Assembly: GCA_965645245.1 (NCBI GenBank)
Contig: OZ287070.1
Span: 2,542,001-2,606,000 of the forward strand
Length of the DNA stretch: 64,000 bases
Source of the DNA: Massalongia carnosa
Taxonomy: Eukaryota
Reading direction: 5' to 3'
The position numbers were made by a program, and so were the translations under genes. Below are positions 26,430-37,148 of the stretch, one piece after another. Each line of letters opens with the position of its first letter. Position 1 is the first letter of the stretch. Under the pieces are notes generated by a model. That model ran no database searches. It was not told the origin of the DNA and saw only the letters and a program-made list of their open reading frames with translations.

Positions 26430-28212
26430 CACCCCGTCTGTGTTAGGACTTCTGTTCTTCAGATAACACACTGCTTTGATAATTTCAGGCCATAGCCCCT
26501 TCGGTAATTTCATAGCAGACAATACGGACCGTACTGAACTCATCAGAGTATAATTCAGACGTTCCGCCTTTCCATTTTGCTCAGGTGTGTATGGGGCACT
26601 AGGTCTCCATTTGATGTGATGTTTCTTCAGATAATCCTGGAAGGCTTCACTTTTATATTCACCTCCCCCATCGTTATGAAGTGCTCCCATCTGCATGCCA
26701 GTCTCCTGAGACGTCCATTCGATATATTCCTTTGTCTTCTCAAAGGCCTGACTCTTCAGTTGCATCGGATAAACATGATATGTCCCAGTGGCGTCATCTT
26801 TAAAGGATATGTAATATTGCAATCCATTTCGGGAGGCCGGGTATGGACCTCCTAAATCACTATGAACCCCGTCCAGGAACTTTGTAGTACGAGGCATACG
26901 AGTCTGTGACGGCTTTCTTTGCTGTCGTCCTTTCATGCATGGCCCACAAATTTCCTCTGGGACTGGTCCTTTCACGTCAATTCCTTCAGCCATTTGTGGA
27001 AGTCTAAGAACATTCCGGTAGCCGAAGTGGCCCATTCTTCAATGCCATATTTCAATAGTCGGTTTGATTGCATTCACAATTGGTGTAGTGTTTGCAAAGT
27101 TCGTATGCATTGTCACCTCCGAGGTCTTTATCCGAAGAACATACTGTCGGTCGATAACATCAGCCAGTCCATGAAGTTTGCCTTCATGGAGAATCTGTGT
27201 AGCCACACCTATCTTTCTCAGAAACACCTCATCTCCTTCGATTGCAAGAAGAATAGTGCTCAACAAATTGTGACCGAGGTCTAGTGCCCAGCTGATATTC
27301 TTCACTGTAAGGACATTGATGTTTTTGTCCTGTTGTACCATATTCAGGACGACGTCTCCATACCCGAAGGCTGGAAGGACTTGTCCAGGGTCTGTCTGAA
27401 ACTCATGATAGTACTCGGTGTAGGTCGAAAAGAAGTCTCGATTGGAAAAGAAATGGTCGGTGGCCCCAGAGTCTATGATTACTCTGGGGTTTATGACCGG
27501 ATCTACAGTTGCTCCTGTCTTACATATCAGATGAACTGCGCCCATTCCCTTTCTTTCTTCAACTTCATTGGTCGGGGTCGGTGTGATTTTTGTATTAAAG
27601 CAAGATAGCGCTGAGGTAGTTACCTCGGGAGTGGTCGTCTCGCTTTCCTGATTGATCTTGTTCTTTTTACAGAACTTCTTGATATGGCCGATTTTGCCAC
27701 ACCCATTGCACGTCATCTTATCCATCCAGCATTGACACTTGGTGCACTTGGATGTTTCTTTGTCGGTCGAGGTGGAGGAGTTGGAATTCTTCCCCGCTTT
27801 CTTCTTGTTGCCGGAGTCCCCTCCGGACTTCTTCTCTCTTTTGGAATAGTTCGCTGTGGCCCTATCCTGATTTGCCAGTAGTAATTCTTCATCTTCTAGT
27901 GCCTTTGCTAGGACTTCTAGGGTCGGAAGATGTTCTTTCTCCCGTGAATCATGGCTAAGAATGGCCAGGTAGGACTTGAAGTGGGTGTCTAGAGAATTGA
28001 GGGCGTGAATGGTAATTGCTTCGTCCATGGTAATATTCAGGTCGGTAATTTCTGCACTAATGTCGCGAATTTTCGAGATAAATTCCGCAACGTCCTTACA
28101 ATCCTTTTGATGAATGGAGTGCAATTTCCCAAGCGTGTTCCATTTGGAGGCCCAATTTTGTAGTGTATAGCGGGTTCGAAGATGGTCCCATAGCTCTTTC
28201 GGTGAAAAGTGT
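26430..28212 (-). mobile_element. Truncated Ty1/copia fragment (gag, protease, GAG-pre-integrase, integrase core)
   Basis: ELWDHLRTRY, CNGCGKIGHIKKFC, IIDSGATDH, IWH*RMGH (premature stop at 27039), VHSDLGGP, DGGGEY, PYTPEQNGKAER. No RT or matching LTRs. Confidence 0.9.
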
Positions 28213-28503
28213 CGGAGAGAGGGTCATTGTGAGCGGAAGGCCCCTCCTTCAGCTCGGGGGAGGCTTACCGCTGGGGGGGATGGATTTGTCCGTTGCCCCG
28301 ACATCGCCGATGGAGCCCGTCCACCAGCGCCTGGAACGAAAGTCCCGGCGTGCGGTAACAGCGATGGGTGCTGGAGTTACCCGCAGCCAACCCCTAAACC
28401 GATCACGGCATGGGGCATGGTTCAACGACTAAATGGCAGTGGCCGGCGTGGGTCCGGCTGAGATATAGTCTGTACGCCCGGGTGGCTCCGGGCGATCACG
28501 CAG
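28213..28503 (+). ncRNA. 5'-truncated group I intron at about L1921
   Basis: Q-like CCCGCAGCCAA, R GTTCAACGACTAAATGGCAGTGG and S GAGATATAGTC elements. Terminal G is directly followed by exon CTCTTAAGG. Confidence 0.85.
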
Positions 28504-28541
<38 letters not shown>

Positions 28542-28647
28542 GCGCGCATGAATGGATTAACGAGATTCCCACTGTCCCTATCTACTATCTAGCGAAACCG
28601 CAGCCAAGGGAACGGGCTTGGCAGAATCAGCGGGGAAAGAAGACCCT

Positions 28648-28905
28648 AATTCGTTTGCGCGCTCAATGGGGTTGACAGGCGCTGGAGACTCTCCGCGCGA
28701 GAGAGCCCTGACGCCTAACGGTAGACTTGCGCAGCCGTGAGGTGATCCGAACGGGGAACTTGTGCGGGAAGGCCTGTAGCCGCCCCAAAGGAATCCCGTA
28801 CCCGCAGGCCGGGTCGAACGCTTGGTGGATCATCGCCAGATTTTCTCGAAGTCTGGTTATGGTATATACAAGCTATTTCCGACGCGAAGGCGTCGGGTGC
28901 ATTAG
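28648..28905 (+). ncRNA. Group I intron at L2066 (258 nt)
   Basis: Inserted at GAAGACCCT^GTTGAG and ends in G. P1 (ACCCT/GGGGT), P10 (CTCAA/TTGAG), P3 (TGATCC/GGATCA) and P7 (GCTTG/CAAGC) pairings are visible. Confidence 0.85.
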
Positions 28906-29300
28906 GTTGAGCTTGACTCTAGTTTAACATTGTGAAAAGACATAGAGTGTGTAGAATAGGTGGGAGCTTCGGCGTCGGTGAAATACCACTATCTTTACCG
29001 TTTTTTTATTTAATCAATTAAGCGGAACTGGGCTTCATCGCTCAATTTCTAGCGTTAAGGTCCCTCGCGGGCCGATCCGGGTTGATGACATTTTTTGGTG
29101 GGGTTTGGCTGGGGCGGCACATCTGTTAAATCATAACGCAGGTGTTCTAAGAGGGATTCATGGAGAAGAGAAATATGTGGTAGAACAAAAGGGTAAAAGT
29201 TCCCTTGATTTTGATTTTTAGTGTGAATACAAACCATGAAAGTGTGGTCTATCGATCCTTTAGTCCCTCGAAATTTGAGGCTAGAGGTGCCAGAAAAGTT

Positions 29301-29534
29301 ACCCGTGGTGACTATTCGCCTTAAGTAGTTTTCTAGTTAGTAGTCCCTCTCATCACGGGGGCTACGGGGGCGACACTGTCAGTGTGCAGGTATCCCGCCT
29401 CCGCGAGGGTTAGGTACATACCTGCAGCCCGGGGCTGTACTCGCCTTGGGTTCACAGATCACGCGACGGTGGCCGCTCTCTCTGAGGCGGTTGAGACATG
29501 ACCGATCCTCAACGTTTACTCATTGGGTTCCGAG
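29301..29534 (+). ncRNA. Group I intron at about L2438 (234 nt)
   Basis: Inserted at AAAAGTT^A(C>T)CACAGGG and ends in G. P1 AGTTACC/GGTGACT has a U.G pair at the splice site; P10 GTGGT/ACCAC. R-like GTTCACAGATCA and S-like GAGACATGACC. Confidence 0.8.
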
Positions 29535-29582
29535 ATCACAGGGATAACTGGCTTGTGGCAGTCAAGCGTTCATAGCGACGTT

Positions 29583-29618
<36 letters not shown>

Positions 29619-29662
29619 GCCGAAGCAGAATTCGGTAAGCGTTGGATTTTTCATCCACTAAT

Positions 29663-29697
<35 letters not shown>

Positions 29698-29927
29698 TGG
29701 TTAGTTTTACCCTACTGATGACCGTCACCGCAATGGTAATTCAACTTAGTACGAGAGGAACCGTTGATTCGGATAATTGGTTTTTGCGGCTGTCCGACCG
29801 GGCAGTGCCGCGACGCTACCATCCCTGGATTATGGCTGAACGCTCCAGAACGCGGCGATGCCTCCCTCGCACATCGTAGTCGGATACGAATAGGCTTCGG
29901 CCCTGAATCTCAGCAGGTCGGCGATGG

Positions 29928-30670
29928 GTCGGGGTTGATTCAGGGGAGATGTCGGGTGGTGGTGGCAACCAGCGCGTTTGGGTTGGGGATTGATTTATCG
30001 GACATTCGAGTGGTGGTTCACATGGATGTTCCGCGCAGAATGGAGGTGTCAAAGTGGCCATTACTAAGCGAGCTCGGCCCTCAGCCCTGTCACTCTGTAT
30101 ATAGTCATCTCCCTTATCTGTAGTAGCAAGCAAGGTCTTCGCCCATCATCATCTATCTGACAGGAGGAATATGCGCAAGAAAGCGCACGGGCGGGACGAG
30201 ACGGCGACATCAGCGAAGTGTTCATCATGATTCGGCCGGAGGTGCAGCCATCGAGCGAGATATTTTTGGAAAGCGAGTCAAGGCAGACCATGAAACGGTT
30301 TATCATGGCGACGGAACAGAACGAATGTCAACGAGTCATATTGGATGAATATATGGATGGACGTCGAGACCGCGAGCAATGTGAAAAAGATGAAGAGTTA
30401 TGTCAGCGATGTCACAACATGCAGGAGAGAAGGAGAGAAATCGAATTGGACGAAGGTCATGAAAATGTTGCAAGCAGTTCCCCAAAGGATTCACCAGAGT
30501 CGTGAGAATTCGATGAACAACAACGAACACGCCGAGGGATTCAAGAACGTCAAACAATGCAGATCAGTCAGGAAAGCACGGAAATCGAACGATTAACGCG
30601 ACATTTGCAATTTTGGCAGGATCGATGCCCGGAATGTGTGTCGATTGAGACGATCGACGATATGCGAGTA
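29928..30670 (+). pseudogene. C-terminal fragment of a RecQ-like (telomere-linked type) helicase
   Basis: VVVATSAFGLGIDLSDIRVVVH, then after removing the 116-bp insert EEYAQESARAGRDG, zinc domain CQRVILDEYMDG..C....LCQRC, stop at 30503, then WQDRCPEC. Confidence 0.85.
30047..30162. mobile_element. Solo LTR, 116 bp
   Basis: TGTCA...TGACA ends with perfect 5-bp TSD GGAGG. Excision restores RMEEYAQE. Confidence 0.88.
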
Positions 30671-31095
30671 GCGTGTGACAGTTCTATCTAAGCCGCTTTA
30701 CTCTAGCGGCGATCTTAATCCATCATGAGTATGTAAAATCAGAATCCTAAAAGTTTCAGGGCTTGCGTGCTAGTCGAAACGACGCGCGCCTCCAGTTCTT
30801 AAAAAGGATTAGAAAGGGGTGGCAAGCTGCTTATTTGATTGGTAGATATTTAAGGTTTCGGGAGCTCTAAACTATCTATAGCTAGTGCGGGAGGGGGGTG
30901 CCAATTCACCAGCGAGAGGGATAGCCGTATCCCTAGCTCTAGCCTATCCTCTAGGTCTACTGGGTTGCCACCGCCAAGCTCAGGGTGCGTCGACGTAACA
31001 GTAGATGAGATTGCATGTGAAATCGCTGAACGGCATGAAGCCTTCATTAAAATCATGGACCGATGAAGATTGAGGAGTATCGGAAACAAGAGTCC

Positions 31096-31367
31096 TGTTG
31101 AAATAAGTATATGACTATGACTATATGACTATGATAAAAATGGTATGTATGACCGTGATGTTAAGGATGAAGAGTGCTGTTCAGCAGTCTTTGTCCTATA
31201 ACTGGTCACGCTCTGCTAAGCGAGGGAATAAGATTATCCGAGCCGATCTAATCTAATCTCTAGGCTAAGCCTAATACGGCATCTACGGTTTCCGTAAGGT
31301 GCTCTGTTCATCTTAGGTAGTCGTAGGTGCTATGTTTACTGTACTGGTAGGAGTTGGATATTTAACA
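31096..31367. mobile_element. Solo LTR, 272 bp
   Basis: TGTT...AACA ends with perfect 5-bp TSD AGTCC. Confidence 0.85.
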
Positions 31368-31928
31368 AGTCCTTTCGCTATCGATTTTCACGAGTATCGA
31401 CAGACTTGAGGCGAGGCTATGAGGAGACTGATAAGAAGATGCTTGCTGATATGTCGATAGTGGAGCGATTCTCTCGCAGTTGTCACATGCATGATGCGGA
31501 TCACATCCGATTGTTGCCTGATCTAAATGATTGCCGACAACTGTGAGGCGACATTGCATGATAGTGATAAAGCACAGTAGCGCTCGTCGGTCGATCCGCG
31601 TGTCCGTTTGCAGTTTGTTCACAAAGTACTCGCTAACGTAGAGCACTGAACGGCCACCTTGCTCCTGACGACCCAATCGACCGCTTTGCTGCAGTAGTTC
31701 GAGGAAATTGTAACAGCCATCCGGAATAATCATTAAGGTGAGTCTCTCGTAGTCCATTCCTTGTCTCAATGCCGTCGTGACGATCATGATCGCCCCTTCT
31801 TCGTCTGCGAATCTTCTTTCATTTTCCGTCTTCGCATAATCGGACATTCGGTCATGATAGACGACAAAATCTAGATTCATCAAATCCTCCGCTGTTTGAA
31901 TCATAGCATTCACTTCACGAACGTATAT

Positions 31929-34715
31929 TGAAGAAGGGTAGTCGTGCGTGCTAATGGAAGGTGGTGGTACGTGATGATAGATGGCGAACTAAGCAGTGAA
32001 CACACACACACAAACGTCTGAATGGACCTACGACTGCATAGACATGAAAAGAACCCGACGACTGAACGACTGAACGACTAGTTGATGCACGAAATGAACG
32101 TGTGTCGATGACTACGTGACACGACGATGATGATGACAGCGTAGGTGATAGAAGATGATGTCCGGAGATGATGAAGAAAACGCCAGCAAAAAACCCGTTT
32201 TATCCCCACACAGGCCTGCCATGTCACCTGACCATAGATGACACATGTCGCCCCACCACATAGCCTCACACCCCAAAGATGCCGTCCCCTGGCATCTGTC
32301 AACACTTCGCCAGCTCACCTCTCCTGACCAATCAGATCTCGTCTCTGAGCCCTCGCCTCGCCTCTAGTCTGTCCGCCTCACTAGTCTGCCCTGCGGGCCA
32401 ATCACAGCTCACATGATCACTTCACATGTGAAAAACACGACTCACATCGACCCCTATCCGCTGCTGAATAGCCTCCATCATCGTCACTATTGCCTGCCAG
32501 CCCTCGGGGGTGGACACGAACTGAATAAATCGTTGTTGACTGACTGATGGGTCTGTTGACGGTGATCTGGACGACTGCATGGATTTAGCCTGAGGCGGAA
32601 TGAACGCACCGCTCGCCCGATAGGCCTCAAATGTTGACGACGTGACCGTTTCAGGTAATGGCAAGGCATCAACCGGTGGTGCAGCTGGTAGGGCTGATGA
32701 TAACGACGGAGGTGCTGACGGTGCTGGTGCTGACGCTGACTGATTAGATAGGCTGGGCCTGTCAAATGGAGTGGAACAATATGAAGCCGGAGGTGCAGGT
32801 AGTGTCCAGCGCGTACGTTTTGCACGTCTAGCCCGTGCGTGCCTAGCTCGGTCTGACTGCCATGGCCCTGACCTACATGAAGGTGGAAACGACCTCACTC
32901 GATTGGCTGACACGGTGGCACTAGCTGAAGATGAACTTGACCGTGCGAGAATTTCTTTCACTTTCGTCAGCAATTCGGTCAAAATCTCTCGACCCACGAC
33001 AGTGTGCAGCAGTATTTTCGTGTTATCAGCACCTGCTAGTTGACATAGGGCGTCCGAAAGGGGAAGACTGGACAGTCGACACATAGGAACTATCCAGGTG
33101 GAGGCCTGCAAATATAAAAATCCTAGTGCCTGACGGGAGATAGATGACTGAATGAGAGGCAAAGTAGACAGATATTCTTCGATATTTGACGAAACGAAGG
33201 CCACTGAATGAACGAATGATGACGCTGAAGGGGACGGTGATACTGAACGCAATGGTGATAATGAACGGGAAGGTGCTATATAGTCGTCAATTTCGACGTA
33301 GCTGACGTCCGGAAGGCGTCCGGCCATAGCTAGCTCCACATTGACCTCAGAGGCTGAATGAAATGATGTTGAATTTGGCCTTTCCGGCCCCTTTTTTGAT
33401 GACTCAATGACTGACTTAGTGTCAGCAGACTCGATAGCGGTGATGACAGGTGCCGAAGACACGGCAGAACGAAAAGCGGTGACGGGTGACGGTGGTGCGG
33501 TGGACGGTGCAGACATGAACGGTGCAGACGGTGCAGATGGTGCAGACATAGTGACTGGTGGTGACACGGCGACTGTTGGACAAATAGACAGCGATTCTGG
33601 ACAGTTTGTATGGATCACATGGGCCTTTTGTGCCCTATATTTCGCAAACAATTCCTCCATGCTCATGTATGACCTTGTCGATGCAACCGAGGCAGTTGAT
33701 GATGACACTGACGGTGCTGATGAACTGACAGACGATGCCCTCGACACGGAGATGGACCGGCTATTTTGCTGTCGCTTTCTCGGCAGATGACGTCGCTGTT
33801 GCTTGCTCATAGGTGCGCTGGGTGAAGAAGAAGAAGCAGATAAAAATGAAGATGTAGATGGAGGTGTACTAGTGCTAGAGGTTGGTGCACTAGTGGTGGA
33901 CGTGGAAGTGGACGACTCGAACGACTCGGACGACTCGGAGGCAGAAACGGATGCTCTTTTGGTAGGCCTACCACGTTTCGCTCGATTATGGTGTCGCTGT
34001 CGTTGACGTGCTCGTTTTGATGGTAGTGGAGTAGGTGAGGTCGGTCTAGTACTCTCGGACACGGTCGCATTGGCCCAAATGCAGAAGGTAAAGCACGAGG
34101 ACATGGCCATCAGTGCAGTGAATAGAACGACTAGCCATTCCCAGAAATGGACGTCTGGAACGCATGCAGTCGGTGAAACGGTAACGGTAGCGGTAGCGGA
34201 GGTCGAAAAGGTGAAAAAGCTGATGGGGGCCATAATGCTCAGTTTGGTGTGGGAGGACTCGATCGTGCACGGTCGGAGGTGGAGTAATCAGAGGTGCAAA
34301 TTCAGGAGGTTTTTCGACGTTTGATGCTCAGTTCAACTGCTCAATTGCACCAGTACTATCATATATCGCACCGTGGTCGCCAATGGAGAAGGGTAGTCGT
34401 GCGTGCTAATGGAAGGTGGTGGTACGTGATGATAGATGGCGAACTAAGCAGTGAACACACACACACAAACGTCTGAATGGACCTACGACTGCATAGACAT
34501 GAAAAGAACCCGACGACTGAACGACTGAACGACTAGTTGATGCACGAAATGAACGTGTGTCGATGACTACGTGACACGACGATGATGATGACAGCGTAGG
34601 TGATAGAAGATGATGTCCGGAGATGATGAAGAAAACGCCAGCAAAAAACCCGTTTTATCCCCGCACAGGCCTGCCATGTCACCTGACCATAGATGACACA
34701 TGTCGCCCCATCACA
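31929..34715 (-). mobile_element. Non-autonomous LTR retroelement (2787 bp) carrying a single orphan ORF
   Basis: 332-bp direct repeats at 31929-32260 and 34384-34715 (TG..CA; about 3 differences seen by eye). 4-bp TSD ATAT. PBS TGGCGACCACGGTG lies 1 nt inside the 5' LTR. Confidence 0.88.
32422..34233 (-). CDS. Orphan 603-aa Ser/Pro/Ala-rich protein with an N-terminal transmembrane helix
   Basis: Uninterrupted ORF in the element's sense orientation. Hydrophobic FWEWLVVLFTALMAMSSCFTFCIW, followed by Arg-rich patches. No recognisable gag/pol motifs. Confidence 0.65.
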   Translation of the reverse strand: MAPISFFTFSTSATATVTVSPTACVPDVHFWEWLVVLFTALMAMSSCFTFCIWANATVSESTRPTSPTPLPSKRARQRQRHHNRAKRGRPTKRASVSASESSESFESSTSTSTTSAPTSSTSTPPSTSSFLSASSSSPSAPMSKQQRRHLPRKRQQNSRSISVSRASSVSSSAPSVSSSTASVASTRSYMSMEELFAKYRAQKAHVIHTNCPESLSICPTVAVSPPVTMSAPSAPSAPFMSAPSTAPPSPVTAFRSAVSSAPVITAIESADTKSVIESSKKGPERPNSTSFHSASEVNVELAMAGRLPDVSYVEIDDYIAPSRSLSPLRSVSPSPSASSFVHSVAFVSSNIEEYLSTLPLIQSSISRQALGFLYLQASTWIVPMCRLSSLPLSDALCQLAGADNTKILLHTVVGREILTELLTKVKEILARSSSSSASATVSANRVRSFPPSCRSGPWQSDRARHARARRAKRTRWTLPAPPASYCSTPFDRPSLSNQSASAPAPSAPPSLSSALPAAPPVDALPLPETVTSSTFEAYRASGAFIPPQAKSMQSSRSPSTDPSVSQQRFIQFVSTPEGWQAIVTMMEAIQQRIGVDVSRVFHM

Positions 34716-35042
34716 ATATGATGATTTTTTCTTTCTTTCAACGTTGTTCCTTCAGCAACGCTCGCATTGAATGTAAGTATTCTTCGATCCGGAACACGAC
34801 GTGATAACTGATATCGATACGGGCTGTCCATGTGCGATATTTCTTGTCGGCCGACTTCAGACCCATGATATCCCGCAGACAGCTCTCGTCGACGAGAGGC
34901 AGGCTTCCTGTCAGAAAGATCTTTTGTACGGAGGATTAGACACGGCTCCCAGAACCACAACATATGATTGAGGCTCATCCGCCAGTCCTGATCAACCAAG
35001 TACATTTGAGCTTCGTCAAAAATAGTCTGACTAGTCGATTGG

Positions 35043-35114
35043 TGTAACGGGTGGGCAATAGAAGGCCTACCCAAGTGGTGGTGATGATGGTCTTAATGGC
35101 TAGCTAATAGGACA
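35043..35114. mobile_element. Miniature solo LTR-like insert, 72 bp
   Basis: TGT...ACA ends with perfect 5-bp TSD ATTGG. Excision restores helicase TESNRLVR. Confidence 0.8.
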
Positions 35115-37148
35115 ATTGGATTCCGTAAGGCCATGGAGGAAGGTGACAAAGTCTGGATTCAGACTGCTTTCCGGAGTCACCTGTGACGGTGTGAAGGGAT
35201 AAACTGGGTGGTGGCGAACGATAGAAGGATGAAACAAACAAACAAATGACCGAATCAACAGAGCCTCACTGCATCGATGAATGAATCGTCATGCCCATCA
35301 ATGGCCGACTAGCTGTACGAATGAATGTGTCTATAATAGCTGTATGTGTTGATAGCAGTACGAATAAATGATCCGAAGATGGATATCCCGAAAGATAAGA
35401 AGGAAAAGTGCGAGAAAAAAGACTCATATAACCGGAACGCCAAGACGCCAGCACCCGACCAACTGATTAATCACCTGACTTATCACCTGACCTGCCACCG
35501 ACCCGGTGGAGCTCCACTCCACCCCTTTACAACGGTTCAACAGGATATGGAATTGACTATCTACTGGGAGGCTATGCACTAGAAAATATCGAAGATGCAG
35601 AAAGGAAACAAGCAAATGGTGCCCTCTCTATGAGTCTATATAGATAATCGCTTGGCCCGATCCAGCTGCTTGTGTCTTCATCAATACTCGTATTCACCCC
35701 CATTAAGCACCCCACCAAAATCCGAAAAACCTTTACCCTTCAGCTTCGCATGCCACCAAAATTGCTAGCAATCGCAAGCCAACTGCTGAAGCCGGTTCGG
35801 AATAATCTGAAGATTTATTGACCTAAAATATAACCTAATGGCTGCATCAAAAGAACTGGAATTGAGCTTTGTATATACGTTAAAACCTAATCTTTTCACT
35901 TCCTCTTCTTTTCCACCCCACTTTCCAGCTGTCTGGCAGCAGCAGACTGTCCTAATAACTTTCCCTTAACTAATTGATGTCCTCTAATCAACGAGGTCTT
36001 CCGGTTTGAGCTTCGAAAAAGCGATACTGTTGATCAAGAAGGCGTTGCTTGTGTTGGATCGGAGGGAGTTTTTTCAGGATGGGTCCTGAAGTCCCATCAA
36101 CATCATTTGGCAGATAAACTCAGGGCAAATGAACATGTGGAAGGACTGTTAATACGTACAGAGACTTTTTATTGGCTAGGAGGAGGATCATGCGTACGAG
36201 GCAAGTTTCGAGTTCTTTAATCAAGCCTTTGCGACGGCTTTATTGTCCTACCACTTCGACTGATGCGCATTTCTTTCATTCTATTCGCCTCCGGCTCAAT
36301 CATGAAAGTCTTTTTTGGCGATGAATTTCCTCTCGATCGCTTCTTGATAGGACTGAGCGAGAGAAGTATGATTGAATCCGAAGTCGGAGGAAGCATCGGA
36401 GGCCTTTGAAGAGCTTTCTTGATGGGACTGCGTTGTTTTGACTCTATGAATAAATCGGGACTGAGTTTGTTGAAAGATTTCACCAAAAGACTGAACTCTT
36501 TGGTCATTTGTTTATCAATCTTTTCCTTTTCTTTGCTAGCTAGTATTTGCTCTCGTTCCTCGAGAACCTCCGAATTCATGATTCTAGCAGTACCATAATG
36601 TCCCTTCGCTCGATTTGCTCTCTCGTGTTTACGACGAGCAGCTACAAGAAGTTCTTTGTTTGTAATCCTGAGAAGATGACTGCTTGCCAACGCGGATTTG
36701 CAGGCCTTTCCAAGCTTTTCGAGAATCAATTGATTTGAATCATTGTCAGTCAATTGCTCCATCAAATTATTGACTTGATCAGCATTTGCTAGAGTAAACA
36801 TTTGAATTCGTGACTGTCATTGTCGAGGGCGTAGAAGGATGAGGTGGACTAGGAAGTTTTTGAAGAACTATAGCAAGATTGAATGGAAACAACCCACTTT
36901 TGGACCAGGCATGTTGAATATTTTGAGTGGATAAAGCTCTGTTTCGAACCTTTTGATAAAGAATCAGAAAGTCTGATTTATCAATTGAATAAACAACTCC
37001 TAGTCTAGTATACTTCTCCAGTTCCACCCGGTAGGCCGTAGACAATGGATGAAAAACACCAACTTCTAAAGGCTGAAGCATGTCCGTTGAATAAGAAGGA
37101 AGACATAAAAGAATGATGTCTTTTTCCTTACAAAACTGAATCGCTTCT

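Larger units (their letters stand above)
28213..29927 (+). rRNA. Dispersed, degenerate fragment of nuclear LSU (28S) rDNA, 3' half; probable rDNA pseudogene
   Basis: Conserved LSU segments CTCTTAAGGTAGCCAAATGCCTCGTCATCTAATTAG, GGGGAAAGAAGACCCT/GTTGAGCTTGACTCTAG, ACAGGGATAACTGGCTTGTGGC and GAGCTGGGTTTAGACCGTCGTGAGAC. Many substitutions and small deletions; flanks are not rDNA. Confidence 0.93.

Noticed and set aside
28163..29930. Short ORFs over the rDNA/introns as possible homing endonucleases
   Set aside because: The introns are under 300 nt and no His-Cys box or LAGLIDADG motif is visible.
30674..31000. Possible solo LTR (TGTGACA...TAACA) between the two helicases
   Set aside because: No clean TSD; boundaries cannot be supported.
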